Source: Patescibacteria group bacterium
GTDB lineage: Bacteria; Patescibacteriota; Microgenomatia; UBA8517
Direction of reading: 5' to 3'
DNA: 64,000 nt
NCBI GenBank assembly: GCA_038206135.1
Contig: JBBRBD010000001.1
Location: 65,919 to 129,918, forward strand
Below the pieces are notes generated by a model that made no database searches, had not been told where the DNA came from, and saw only the letters and a program-made list of their open reading frames with translations. Made by a program: the position numbers and the translations under genes. Below, piece after piece: positions 20,732-30,301 of this stretch. Position 1 is the first letter of the stretch; each line of letters starts with the position of its first letter.

Positions 20732-21587
20732 AATAAAAGTATCGATAGTAATTGTTTCTTACAATACGAAAGAGTTATTACTTTCCTGTATAGCTTCTAT
20801 TAAAAAGTTCGCAGATGTGTCTTACGAAATTATTATTTCAGATAACGGCTCAACAGACGGAACACTTGAAGCTCTTACAAAAATCAAAGAAGTTGTTCTC
20901 GTTGAGAACAAAGTGAATCTGGGATTTGCGAAAGGTAACAACGCTGCAAAAAAAATCTCAAAAGGTGAGTATATTTTATTTTTGAATCCGGATACGCTTT
21001 TGCATAAAAATGCTCTATCCGAAAGCGTTTCTTATCTAAATAAAAACAAAAAAACCGGTGCACTTACATGCAAAGTTGTTTTACTTGATGGATCCCTAGA
21101 TAAAGACACACGTAGATCTTTTCCAACACCGTTTATAGCACTCACTCATTTTAGTGGACTTGATCGGATATTTCCAAAGTCGCCACTATTCTCGAGATAT
21201 TGGTATGGATACGCGGATGAAAACATAACCCAAGAGATTGACGCACTGCAGGGAGCATTTCTTCTAAGCCCTAAAAAAGTACTAGATTCCATAGGTTGGT
21301 TTGATGAGGATTATTTCCTTGATGGTGAAGATATTGATTTGTGTTGGAAAATTAAAAATTTACATCTAAAAGTAATTTATTTCCCAAAAGTAAGCATCAC
21401 TCATATTAAAAAGGGTTCCAAAAAAAAGAATAAATCCTTGAAATCTGTAACAGGAGGAGTTACAGCTATGCAGCTTTTTTATGAAAAAAGATTGTCAGCT
21501 CAATATCCATTCTATGTAAACGGTCTTGTTTTATTTGGCATTCAGATATTGAAATTTATTCGAACAATAAAGTATTACTTGTCATGA
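20724..21587 (+). CDS. GT2 glycosyltransferase
   Basis: VSIVIVSYNT, IIISDNGSTDGT, NLGFAKGNNAA. Confidence 0.7.
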   Translation: MSKIKVSIVIVSYNTKELLLSCIASIKKFADVSYEIIISDNGSTDGTLEALTKIKEVVLVENKVNLGFAKGNNAAKKISKGEYILFLNPDTLLHKNALSESVSYLNKNKKTGALTCKVVLLDGSLDKDTRRSFPTPFIALTHFSGLDRIFPKSPLFSRYWYGYADENITQEIDALQGAFLLSPKKVLDSIGWFDEDYFLDGEDIDLCWKIKNLHLKVIYFPKVSITHIKKGSKKKNKSLKSVTGGVTAMQLFYEKRLSAQYPFYVNGLVLFGIQILKFIRTIKYYLS

Positions 21588-22681
21588 AAATCGCAATAGA
21601 TGCCAGATTTTATGGGTTGGAAAATGGAGGACTTGGTAGATATACAATAAATTTAATTGAGCAGTTACAAAAATTTGATCTCAAAAATGAATACGTTTTG
21701 CTTCTTCGTGATCCTTGGTATAAAGAACTGAGTTTACAGCGTAACTTTAAAAAAGTATTGATTCATTCGAGGCATTATAGTGTAAATGAACAACTCGAAG
21801 TTCCTATCCGTTTACGTAGTATAAATCCAGATATTACCCATTTTTTACATTTTAACGTACCTCTTTTTTACAACAAACCATATATTGTAACTATTCATGA
21901 TCTATTGATGCATACAGGAGTTGGAAAAGAAGCTACAACTCTTCCTCCATTAAAATATCATATAAAAAGACGTGGATACAGAAGTGTATTTGATCATGCT
22001 GTATCAAATGCACAAAAAATTATTGTCCCCTCAAATTTTGTGAAAAACGAGATAAGTAAAATATATCGACAAGTAGATAATAAAATTGAGGTTATTTATG
22101 AAGGCGTTAGTTTTTTACCAGAAGCTAAAAGTAAAAAAACAAAAGACAAATACTTCATTTATGTCGGGAATGCATATCCGCATAAAAACATTGTAGGAGT
22201 AATTCAAGCAATCTTTGAAATTAATAAATCAAGCAAAGAATTAATACACCTTAAATTAGTAACTCCACGAGATATATTTACAAAGAGACTTAACGAGCAA
22301 ATAGAAAAATTACATGCAAGTGATTTTGTTAAAACACAGTCATTTGTTTCAGATGCTGAACTGTCCTCATTGTATTCGCATTCAATTGGATTTGTGTATC
22401 CTTCATTTTCAGAAGGCTTTGGTTTACAGGGTTTAGAGGCAATGCATGCAAAAACAAGATTATTAGCTTCAGACATTCCTGTTTTTCATGAGATATATGC
22501 TGACAATGCATATTATTTCAATCCTCATTCTATTGATGAAATCACAGAAAGTTTTAAAAAGTTGTTAAACGAATCAAATGAAAATAGAGAAAAAATTCTA
22601 TTGAAAGCTAAAGATTTTACGAAAAAATATTCTTGGAGACAAATGGCTCGTGATACACTCGCCATATATGCGAAAGCCTAG
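21584..22681 (+). CDS. GT4 glycosyltransferase
   Basis: SFSEGFGLQGLEAMHAKTRLLASD. Confidence 0.7.
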   Translation: MKIAIDARFYGLENGGLGRYTINLIEQLQKFDLKNEYVLLLRDPWYKELSLQRNFKKVLIHSRHYSVNEQLEVPIRLRSINPDITHFLHFNVPLFYNKPYIVTIHDLLMHTGVGKEATTLPPLKYHIKRRGYRSVFDHAVSNAQKIIVPSNFVKNEISKIYRQVDNKIEVIYEGVSFLPEAKSKKTKDKYFIYVGNAYPHKNIVGVIQAIFEINKSSKELIHLKLVTPRDIFTKRLNEQIEKLHASDFVKTQSFVSDAELSSLYSHSIGFVYPSFSEGFGLQGLEAMHAKTRLLASDIPVFHEIYADNAYYFNPHSIDEITESFKKLLNESNENREKILLKAKDFTKKYSWRQMARDTLAIYAKA

Positions 22682-23747
22682 GATCGCAATTTGTTATGAC
22701 CGTGTAAATAAATGGGGTGGTGCGGAACGAGTTTTGTTGTCATTACATGAGTTGTTCCCAGACGCGACACTTTTTACATCTGTATACGACCCGTTTGGAG
22801 CTCCTTGGGCTAAAGATTTTTCAAAAATTAAAACCTCTTTTTTACAGAAAATTCCATTTGCTCGAAAAAACCACGAATACTTTGCATTATTGATGCCAGT
22901 GGCATTTGAAAGTTTTGATTTTAGCGAATATGATGTTGTAATTTCTGTAACAAGTGAAGCAGCTAAGGGGATTATTACCGGTCCAAACACTATTCACATT
23001 TGTTATTGCTTAACCCCAACGCGATATTTGTGGAGTGGGAGGAAAACATATTTTGATACGGCCTTTAAAAGGTATTTAAGTTTGCCAGCAACTATATACC
23101 TTAAACATTGGGATAAAATTGCAAGTAAACGTCCTGATCAGATGGTAGGAATATCACACGAAGTTAATATGAGAATAAAAAAATATTATAATCGCTCGAG
23201 TACTATTATTTTCCCACCGGTTGAAGTAAATAAATTCGCAGTTGTATCAAAGAAACGTAAAGATTACTACCTTATCGTTTCTCGTCTAGTTCACTATAAA
23301 AAGGTGGATCTTGCCATTCGTACGTTTAATAAATTAAACAAGAAGTTAATTGTTGTGGGAACAGGCAGAGAAGAGAATAAATTGAGGAAGTTTGCGAATA
23401 CAAACATTACATTTATTACACAAGTAACAGATAGCGAACTTGCAAAGCTATACTCAGAGGCAAAAGCCCTTATTTTTCCACAACGTGAGGATTTTGGCTT
23501 AGTTGCTGTTGAAGCACTCGCTTCTGGAACACCTGTCATTGCTTACAAACGAGGTGGAGCTATTGATACTGTTACAGAAGGTATAACTGGAGTTTTTTTT
23601 AATAAGCAAACTGTAAAAAGCTTGTCTGATGCCATTTACTCATTTGAATCTCAGCATTTTAATGCAAAGTTACTTGTGGAGCATGCTCAAAAGTTCTCGA
23701 AGACACGCTTCTTGCATGAATTTGCTACAATGCTTAAACAAACATGA
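22668..23747 (+). CDS. GT4 glycosyltransferase
   Basis: REDFGLVAVEALASGTPVIAYKRGG. The first ATG is at 22668; the track ORF begins at a GTG at 22650. Confidence 0.7.
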   Translation: MRKPRIAICYDRVNKWGGAERVLLSLHELFPDATLFTSVYDPFGAPWAKDFSKIKTSFLQKIPFARKNHEYFALLMPVAFESFDFSEYDVVISVTSEAAKGIITGPNTIHICYCLTPTRYLWSGRKTYFDTAFKRYLSLPATIYLKHWDKIASKRPDQMVGISHEVNMRIKKYYNRSSTIIFPPVEVNKFAVVSKKRKDYYLIVSRLVHYKKVDLAIRTFNKLNKKLIVVGTGREENKLRKFANTNITFITQVTDSELAKLYSEAKALIFPQREDFGLVAVEALASGTPVIAYKRGGAIDTVTEGITGVFFNKQTVKSLSDAIYSFESQHFNAKLLVEHAQKFSKTRFLHEFATMLKQT

Positions 23748-24829
23748 AAATAGTAATATTTTGTGGTGGATATGGAACTCGTATGTGGCCTGCGAGTCGT
23801 AAAAGTTATCCCAAACAGTTTTTCCCCATTCTTGGAGGCAAGTCTTTTTTTGAACACACTCTTCACCGTTTTGAAAAAGCATATAAGCCTGAAGATATTT
23901 TAGTTTCTACAGAAAGCACCTATGCACACTTTGTGTATGAATTAGCTCCAGAAATCCCTAAAGAAAATGTTATTGTAGAGCCTGAGCGTAGAGATAACCT
24001 TGCGGCGATTGCGCTCGTAACAGCACTGTGTGAGAAGCGTTTCCCAGGCGAGGTAATATTTTTTAGTTGGTCAGATCATTTGATTAAAAAAGAATCTGAA
24101 TTTTTAAGGTATGTGTCTCTTGCGGGAGAATATGCACTACGAACTGGTACCCCAGTTTCAATTAACGAATACCCTACATTTCCAAATATTTATGATGGAT
24201 GGCTCAAATTTGGCGAAAAATTTGAATCAACTGGTGAAGAAAATTTGTATGAAATTGAGAAGTTCATTGAAAAGCCAAATCTTCAGACTGCTAAACGATT
24301 ATTTAAATCTAAGGGTTACTTAATACACACTGGATATGGCGCATGGCGGATAGATCGTCTTGCAACGTATTTCAAAAAATATGCAAGTGAGGCTTATTCC
24401 CATGTAACAACGATAGCATCAGAGTGGGGAACCCCGAAATTTGGAGAAATATTAAAATCAGAATATGCTCAGATTGAAAAGAATTCGATAGATTACGGCT
24501 TATTTGAAAAAATCCCTGCGAATGAACGTCTTACTATGGCCGTAGACACAGGTTGGCAAGATGTTGGCACCTGGGAACTCATGTTTGAATCTCTAGCCAC
24601 TGGGCCAGATGAAAACTTAGTCGAAGGCGAAGGTCAAGCAACGTTTTTAGATGCGAATGGTAACTTAGTTATTTCACCTGCAGGTAAGATGATTTCAGTT
24701 ATTGGACTATCGAATATGGCTATAATTGATACACCGACTGGTCTATTGGTTTGTCCTCTCGATAAGACATCAAAAGTAAAAGAGCTTTTTGGTATACTTG
24801 AGAAAGAGTATCCAGACTTCGTAAAATAG
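23744..24829 (+). CDS. manC: Mannose-1-phosphate guanylyltransferase (GDP-mannose pyrophosphorylase), ManC-like, without the PMI cupin
   Basis: N-terminus MKIVIFCGGYGTRMWPASRKSYPKQFFPILGG matches the ManC signature (GG-G-RLWP-SR--YPKQF). Confidence 0.7.
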   Translation: MKIVIFCGGYGTRMWPASRKSYPKQFFPILGGKSFFEHTLHRFEKAYKPEDILVSTESTYAHFVYELAPEIPKENVIVEPERRDNLAAIALVTALCEKRFPGEVIFFSWSDHLIKKESEFLRYVSLAGEYALRTGTPVSINEYPTFPNIYDGWLKFGEKFESTGEENLYEIEKFIEKPNLQTAKRLFKSKGYLIHTGYGAWRIDRLATYFKKYASEAYSHVTTIASEWGTPKFGEILKSEYAQIEKNSIDYGLFEKIPANERLTMAVDTGWQDVGTWELMFESLATGPDENLVEGEGQATFLDANGNLVISPAGKMISVIGLSNMAIIDTPTGLLVCPLDKTSKVKELFGILEKEYPDFVK

Positions 24830-24855
24830 GAGGATTCGTGTAGAATGATTAAACT

Positions 24856-26871
24856 ATGCAAAAGAACCACGAAATCCCTCATATAAAACCTGTCTCAGTC
24901 TTAGATCCTAAGCCACTAGATATTCCAGAAATTAAGCCAGAAAACATGACAATTCCCATGAAAAAACTAAACACAAACAAAAAACACAAATTTCCGAAGA
25001 AAATACTGTTTGTTCTAGTAACGATTTTAGGTGTCGTTACTGTTCTTGCCGTGTTGATATCCATTCCTGTGTACGGTGTCTATAAGGAAGGGAAAGTACT
25101 TGCTGCGAAGGCACAAGATTTAAAGGCTTCAGTTGCTACGAATGACATTAGTGTTGTAAAAGCCCAACTGCAAACATTTGAAACAGAGCTCGGAGTCTTT
25201 CAAAACAAATATAAATCTATTGCGTTCTTGAAAGTAGTTCCTGTTGTTGGTTCGTATGTGCGTGACGGAGATAATGGCGTACAAGCTGGTCTTTACGGTA
25301 TTCAAGCAGGTAAGATTTTACTTGAAACAGTTGAGCCGTATGCAGACATTATTGGTTTTAAGGGTGCCGCAAGTAAAGCTGCGACAAGTGGAGCAGAAAA
25401 TGCAAATAATCGATTAGAATTCCTCATCAACACAATCAAAGGTGTCACACCAAAGATTGATGAAATCTCACAAAAGGCAGCTTTGGCTGAAAAATCCTTA
25501 GAGCTTATCGATCCAACAAAATATCCAGAGACATTTAGAGGAGTTAAAGTGCGCGCACAGCTCACATCACTCCTAGATCTTGCAAAGCAAGGAACCTCGT
25601 TGCTTGCTCAGAGTAAGCCGATTGTAGAAGAAGCTCCTTATCTTCTCGGCGTAGATGAACCTCGAAGATATTTACTTATATTCCAAAACGATAGTGAACA
25701 GCGCCCAACTGGTGGATTCTTGAGCGCCTATTCTGTTATCGACATTAACAAAGGAAAGTTTCACTCGGTTACTTCAAACGATATCTATAATTTAGACGAT
25801 AAATATAAACCTTCAATCCAAGCACCTGATATTTTTCCACAATATTTAGCTGGAATTTATGTTGCAAACAATAAATTCAGACTTCGGGATATGAACTGGT
25901 CACCAGACTTTAAAACAAGTATGGAAATGTTTCTGCCTGAGGCTGCAAAAGCAGGCCTTACTGGATTCGATGGTGTGATTATGGTTGACACCAAAGTGCT
26001 TCGCAATATTTTAGAAGTAATTGGAACAGTCGGAGTTCCAGGATTTGGAAATTTTGGAACACAAACAGATCCTCGCTGTAATTGTCCAGAGTTCATCTAC
26101 ATTTTGCAGGATTACACCAGTGTAGAAGGTCCTGTTGTGTGGAGTCAGAATGAACCAGGCAAAATTGTCTTTGCACCAGCAAACTACGGGAAGAATAGAA
26201 AAGATATCTTGGGTGTACTCATGAACTCTGTATTATCAAACACACTTGGTCAGGGCAAAGATAAACTTCCTGCATTATTCCAAGCAGCCTGGACATCCGT
26301 TGCTGCAAAAGACGTACAAATATATATGTTTGACAATAAAGCTCAGGCTGCAGTCGAATCATTTAATCTTGCCGGAAGAATACAGGATTTTCAGGGTGAT
26401 TATTTGAACATTAACAACGCTAACCTTGGAGGACGCAAATCGAACTTATATTCAAGTTATGAAGCAGTTCAAACATATAAGAAAAATTCTGATGGAACGA
26501 TTGATAAAACGTTGGAAATCACGTATAAGAATCCACAAAAGTATGACGGTTGGTTGAATTCTGTTTTACCAACTTGGACTCGCGTATATGTTCCTAAGGG
26601 TAGTACTTTAATAAGCGCCGATGGATTTGAAACTCCTGGAGATACCTCTGAAGACCTTGGAAAAACAGTATTTTCTGGAGGTTTTAAACTTCGACCTGAA
26701 GGTTTAAAGAAAATTACTATTAAATACAAATTACCTGGTAAATATGGTGCATCAGTTCCTCTGCTTATGCAAAAACAGCCAGGAGTTGAAAGTTTATTCA
26801 CCGTAAACGCAAATGGTCAACATGAAGAATTTAATTTGCTCTCAGATAAGCAAATGATTATTCGCCTCTAA
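24856..26871 (+). CDS. Large exported, N-terminally membrane-anchored protein (671 aa) of unknown function at the 3' end of the glycosylation operon
   Basis: Single N-terminal TM (ILFVLVTILGVVTVLAVLISIPVYGV) followed by a roughly 600-aa soluble domain. Confidence 0.4.
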   Translation: MQKNHEIPHIKPVSVLDPKPLDIPEIKPENMTIPMKKLNTNKKHKFPKKILFVLVTILGVVTVLAVLISIPVYGVYKEGKVLAAKAQDLKASVATNDISVVKAQLQTFETELGVFQNKYKSIAFLKVVPVVGSYVRDGDNGVQAGLYGIQAGKILLETVEPYADIIGFKGAASKAATSGAENANNRLEFLINTIKGVTPKIDEISQKAALAEKSLELIDPTKYPETFRGVKVRAQLTSLLDLAKQGTSLLAQSKPIVEEAPYLLGVDEPRRYLLIFQNDSEQRPTGGFLSAYSVIDINKGKFHSVTSNDIYNLDDKYKPSIQAPDIFPQYLAGIYVANNKFRLRDMNWSPDFKTSMEMFLPEAAKAGLTGFDGVIMVDTKVLRNILEVIGTVGVPGFGNFGTQTDPRCNCPEFIYILQDYTSVEGPVVWSQNEPGKIVFAPANYGKNRKDILGVLMNSVLSNTLGQGKDKLPALFQAAWTSVAAKDVQIYMFDNKAQAAVESFNLAGRIQDFQGDYLNINNANLGGRKSNLYSSYEAVQTYKKNSDGTIDKTLEITYKNPQKYDGWLNSVLPTWTRVYVPKGSTLISADGFETPGDTSEDLGKTVFSGGFKLRPEGLKKITIKYKLPGKYGASVPLLMQKQPGVESLFTVNANGQHEEFNLLSDKQMIIRL

Positions 26872-27413
26872 TGCCCACACAGTACGGCTCAAGTTCCCTT
26901 CATTCTATAGTAATCGGTGCAAAAAATTATGGAGAAGCAGATGTTATCGTGACGCTTTATACAAAAGAAAAAGGGAAGGTAGTAGCTATTGCGAAAGGAG
27001 CAAGAAAACTTACTAGTAAAAAACGATCTGCTCTTTTGTTGTTTTGTAAGGTTAATTGCGAAGTAATTGAGACAAAAGGTATGGGAATAATTAGAGAAGC
27101 CAAACTTGTGACCTCATTTGAAGAATTTAGAACAGACCTTCGAAAAGTCTCGCTCGCTTATTTTTTTTGTGAAGTGACTCGTAAAATTACGCCAGAAAAC
27201 GTTCCACAGGCAGAAATTTATATTCTCCTTTCTAAAGCCCTAACTCGACTTTCACAGACCTCGAAACTAAAGTTTCTAAAAAATGCGTTTACAAAACATA
27301 TTTTAGAATATTCTGGGTATTCGGTTGAAAATGGCATAGAACCACTTTTGGTGCTGTCACAAGTAATAGAGAGAGAATTAGGAAGTGTACGCGTCGGTCG
27401 CATGATACAATAA
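26871..27413 (+). CDS. recO: RecO-like recombination mediator, short form (180 aa) lacking the C-terminal zinc-finger region
   Basis: N-terminal OB-fold signature IVIGAKNYGEADVIVTLYTKEKGKVVAIAKGARK. There is no C4 cysteine cluster. Confidence 0.5.
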   Translation: MPTQYGSSSLHSIVIGAKNYGEADVIVTLYTKEKGKVVAIAKGARKLTSKKRSALLLFCKVNCEVIETKGMGIIREAKLVTSFEEFRTDLRKVSLAYFFCEVTRKITPENVPQAEIYILLSKALTRLSQTSKLKFLKNAFTKHILEYSGYSVENGIEPLLVLSQVIERELGSVRVGRMIQ

Positions 27414-27420
27414 TTGCCAC

Positions 27421-28521
27421 ATGCATAAAGTTTTGTGTCCTCACTGTGGAAAAGAAGTTGAGCTGACTGATGCCTTCAAGCATCAGATTGAATCTGAGAT
27501 TGCGGATAGTATTAAAGAAACCCTTACGAAAGAATTAACAGAAAAATCTTCAATTGAACTTACTGAACTCAAGAAAGAACTTGATGAAAAAAATAAGAAA
27601 GTAGTAGAACTTCGTGATCAAGAAATAAATTTGCGTGCTGAAAAAAGAAAGATTGAAGAGCGGGAAAAAGATTTAACTCTTGAGGTTGAGCGCAAACTTG
27701 ATGAACAAAGAAAGATAGTTGCTGAAGAAGTTTCTAAGAAGTCATATGAAGAACATAAATTGAAAGATTTAGAAAAAGAAAAGAAAATTCGAGATATGGA
27801 AAACTTGATCGAAGAACTACGCCGCAAATCTGAACAAGGTAGCCAACAAACACAAGGTGAAGTATTAGAGCTCGATTTAGAAGAAAACTTAAGACAAAGT
27901 TTCCCTTCAGACTCAATTGAACCCGTAGGAAAAGGTGTTCGAGGCGCTGATGTAAGACAAATTGTTAGAAGTCCGATGGGTAATGCATGTGGGGTGATTT
28001 TATGGGAAAGTAAACGTACGAAAGCTTGGGTGGACGAATGGGCGACAAAACTCAAAGAAGACTTGAGAAGTGAAAAAGCAGATATTCCAGTAATTGTTAC
28101 AACAACACTGCCAAAGGAAGTATCAGTTGGCCTAGCATTATATGAAGGGGTTTGGGTAGTGAAATATGAACTGGCATTGGTACTAGCGCAAATTCTGAGA
28201 AAAAACATACTTGACGTTGCGCGTCAAAAAGCAGTTTCTGCGCAAAAGAGTGATAAGGCAAGTATGCTTTACGATTATGTAATGGGACATGAATTCAGAC
28301 AGCAGGTCGAAGCAATAGCTGAAATATTTAAGGAAGAACAAGAGCTTATTCAAAAGGAAAGGGCCTCGTTTGAGCGAATTTGGAAAGCTAGAGAATCTCG
28401 TAACAAGCGTCTTATCATGTCGACAGCAAATATTTATGGAAGTGTGCAAGGCCTTGTTGGGACTTCAATGCCACAAATTAAGGGATTAGATCTGATGGAG
28501 CTGGAGGATGGTAATAATTAA
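27421..28521 (+). CDS. Coiled-coil protein with an N-terminal CPHC motif
   Basis: N-terminus MHKVLCPHCGKEV, followed by about 150 aa of charged heptad-rich sequence (ELKKELDEKNKKVVELRDQEINLRAEKRKIEEREKDL...). Confidence 0.4.
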   Translation: MHKVLCPHCGKEVELTDAFKHQIESEIADSIKETLTKELTEKSSIELTELKKELDEKNKKVVELRDQEINLRAEKRKIEEREKDLTLEVERKLDEQRKIVAEEVSKKSYEEHKLKDLEKEKKIRDMENLIEELRRKSEQGSQQTQGEVLELDLEENLRQSFPSDSIEPVGKGVRGADVRQIVRSPMGNACGVILWESKRTKAWVDEWATKLKEDLRSEKADIPVIVTTTLPKEVSVGLALYEGVWVVKYELALVLAQILRKNILDVARQKAVSAQKSDKASMLYDYVMGHEFRQQVEAIAEIFKEEQELIQKERASFERIWKARESRNKRLIMSTANIYGSVQGLVGTSMPQIKGLDLMELEDGNN

Positions 28522-28868
28522 AGGGCGAGTATATTCGCTAGCCCAAATGAAATAGTCTAACTGTCGGGAGTATCTTCATCTCCTTCGTCTTTAATCAGAA
28601 GCCAATTGTGGATCCTGTGTGAGTATGCATTCTCCGTATCAACCCGAGCTTTAATAGCAACAGGTGTAACCCGAATAATGTAAGTGTATGTTTTAAACCG
28701 ACGACTTCTTAAGTTGCTGTATTAGGTTCATACAGTCCATTCGTAGAAATCCAACTTAACATAGATAATCAAATTTTTATGTAAACATCATTCTTAAGCT
28801 CTATCTTGTAGTATTTTGCCAAATTTCTCCCATTTTTCAACTTGAGGCAAAGAAGGTACAATATATCA

Positions 28869-30254
28869 ATGGCAGAATTATCAACGATGGAAAAAATTGT
28901 AGGGCTTTGTAAACGTCGAGGTTTTGTGTTTCCTACTTCTGAAATTTATGGAGGACTTGCTAACTCGTACGACTACGGTCCTATGGGGGCAGAACTTATG
29001 AGAAACATTCGCAATTTGTGGTGGAAAGAATTTATTAATAAGAAGGCGGATATGGTCGGGTTAGACTCACAAATAATACTTCACCCTCAAACATGGGTAG
29101 CTTCTGGACACGTGGGTTCATTTTCTGATCCACTCGTTGAAGACATTAAAACTCACAAACGATATAGAGCAGATCACTTGATCGAAGCATTTTTACCAGA
29201 TGACACGGACATTGTTGTTGAGGACATGACACTTGATGAGATGGGTGCATTTATTGAAGATAACAATGTGAAAAGTCCTGAAGGGAATGAACTCACAAAA
29301 CCTAAGGCATTTAATTTATTATTTGAAACGGAGATAGGTTCTGTTTCTGGAGAAAAGAGCAAAGTATATTTACGAGGTGAGACCGCACAAGGAATTTTTA
29401 CAAACTTCAAACAGGTTATTGATTCTACTCGAGTTCAATTACCATTTGGTATTGGCCAAATTGGCAGAAGCTTTAGAAATGAAATTACAACTGGGCAATT
29501 CATTTTTAGAACACTTGAATTTGAACAGGCGGAAATTGAATATTTCTTTAATCCTGAAGAAACAAACTGGGAAGAACTTATGGAAAGTTGGAAAGATTCT
29601 ATGTTCAATTTTGTAACTAAAACTTTGGGTATTAAAAAAGAGCATGTTAGATGGAGGCGCCATACTGACAAAGAGCGTAGTCACTATTCAAAAGACACGT
29701 ATGATCTTGATTACCAATATCCCTTCGGTTGGAAGGAATTGTGGGGAATTGCATACCGAACAGATTACGACCTGCAACAGCATATGAAGCATTCCAAGGA
29801 ATCTTTGGAATACACAAATCCTCAAACTGGCAAAAAATTTGTTCCTCATGTAATCGAACCAGCTGTAGGTATTAACAGAATATTTCTAATGACTTTGGCT
29901 GATGCTTATTTTGAAGATAAAGCAGAAGGTAAAGTGATATTAAAATTAGACCCAAAACTTGCTCCTTACATAGCTTGTGTGTCTCCACTTTTGGCTAACA
30001 AAGAACAATTAGTTAATAAAGCAAAAGGTCTGTTTAGTTCACTCGCAAATGAGTTTAACGTAACGTGGGATGCTCGTGGGAACATTGGTAAGAGATATGC
30101 GGCGCAAGATGAAATTGGAACGCCATACTGCTTAACGATTGATTTTCAAACGCTTGAAGATGAAACAATTACTGTTCGAGACCGAGATACAGGAAAGCAG
30201 GATAGACTTCCAATTTCAGGAATCGCTCAGTATCTCCACTCAAAATTAAAGTAA
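28869..30254 (+). CDS. glyQS: Glycine--tRNA ligase, alpha2 homodimeric type
   Basis: MEKIVGLCKRRGFVFPTSEIYGGLANSYDYGPMGAELMRNIRNLWWKEF is the canonical GlyQS N-terminus. Start taken at the first ATG; the track ORF starts at TTG 28842. Confidence 0.85.
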   Translation: MAELSTMEKIVGLCKRRGFVFPTSEIYGGLANSYDYGPMGAELMRNIRNLWWKEFINKKADMVGLDSQIILHPQTWVASGHVGSFSDPLVEDIKTHKRYRADHLIEAFLPDDTDIVVEDMTLDEMGAFIEDNNVKSPEGNELTKPKAFNLLFETEIGSVSGEKSKVYLRGETAQGIFTNFKQVIDSTRVQLPFGIGQIGRSFRNEITTGQFIFRTLEFEQAEIEYFFNPEETNWEELMESWKDSMFNFVTKTLGIKKEHVRWRRHTDKERSHYSKDTYDLDYQYPFGWKELWGIAYRTDYDLQQHMKHSKESLEYTNPQTGKKFVPHVIEPAVGINRIFLMTLADAYFEDKAEGKVILKLDPKLAPYIACVSPLLANKEQLVNKAKGLFSSLANEFNVTWDARGNIGKRYAAQDEIGTPYCLTIDFQTLEDETITVRDRDTGKQDRLPISGIAQYLHSKLK

Positions 30255-30301
30255 TTTCTCTGTTTGTTGACAATACGATGTTTCGAATGACAGAATAACC
30301 T

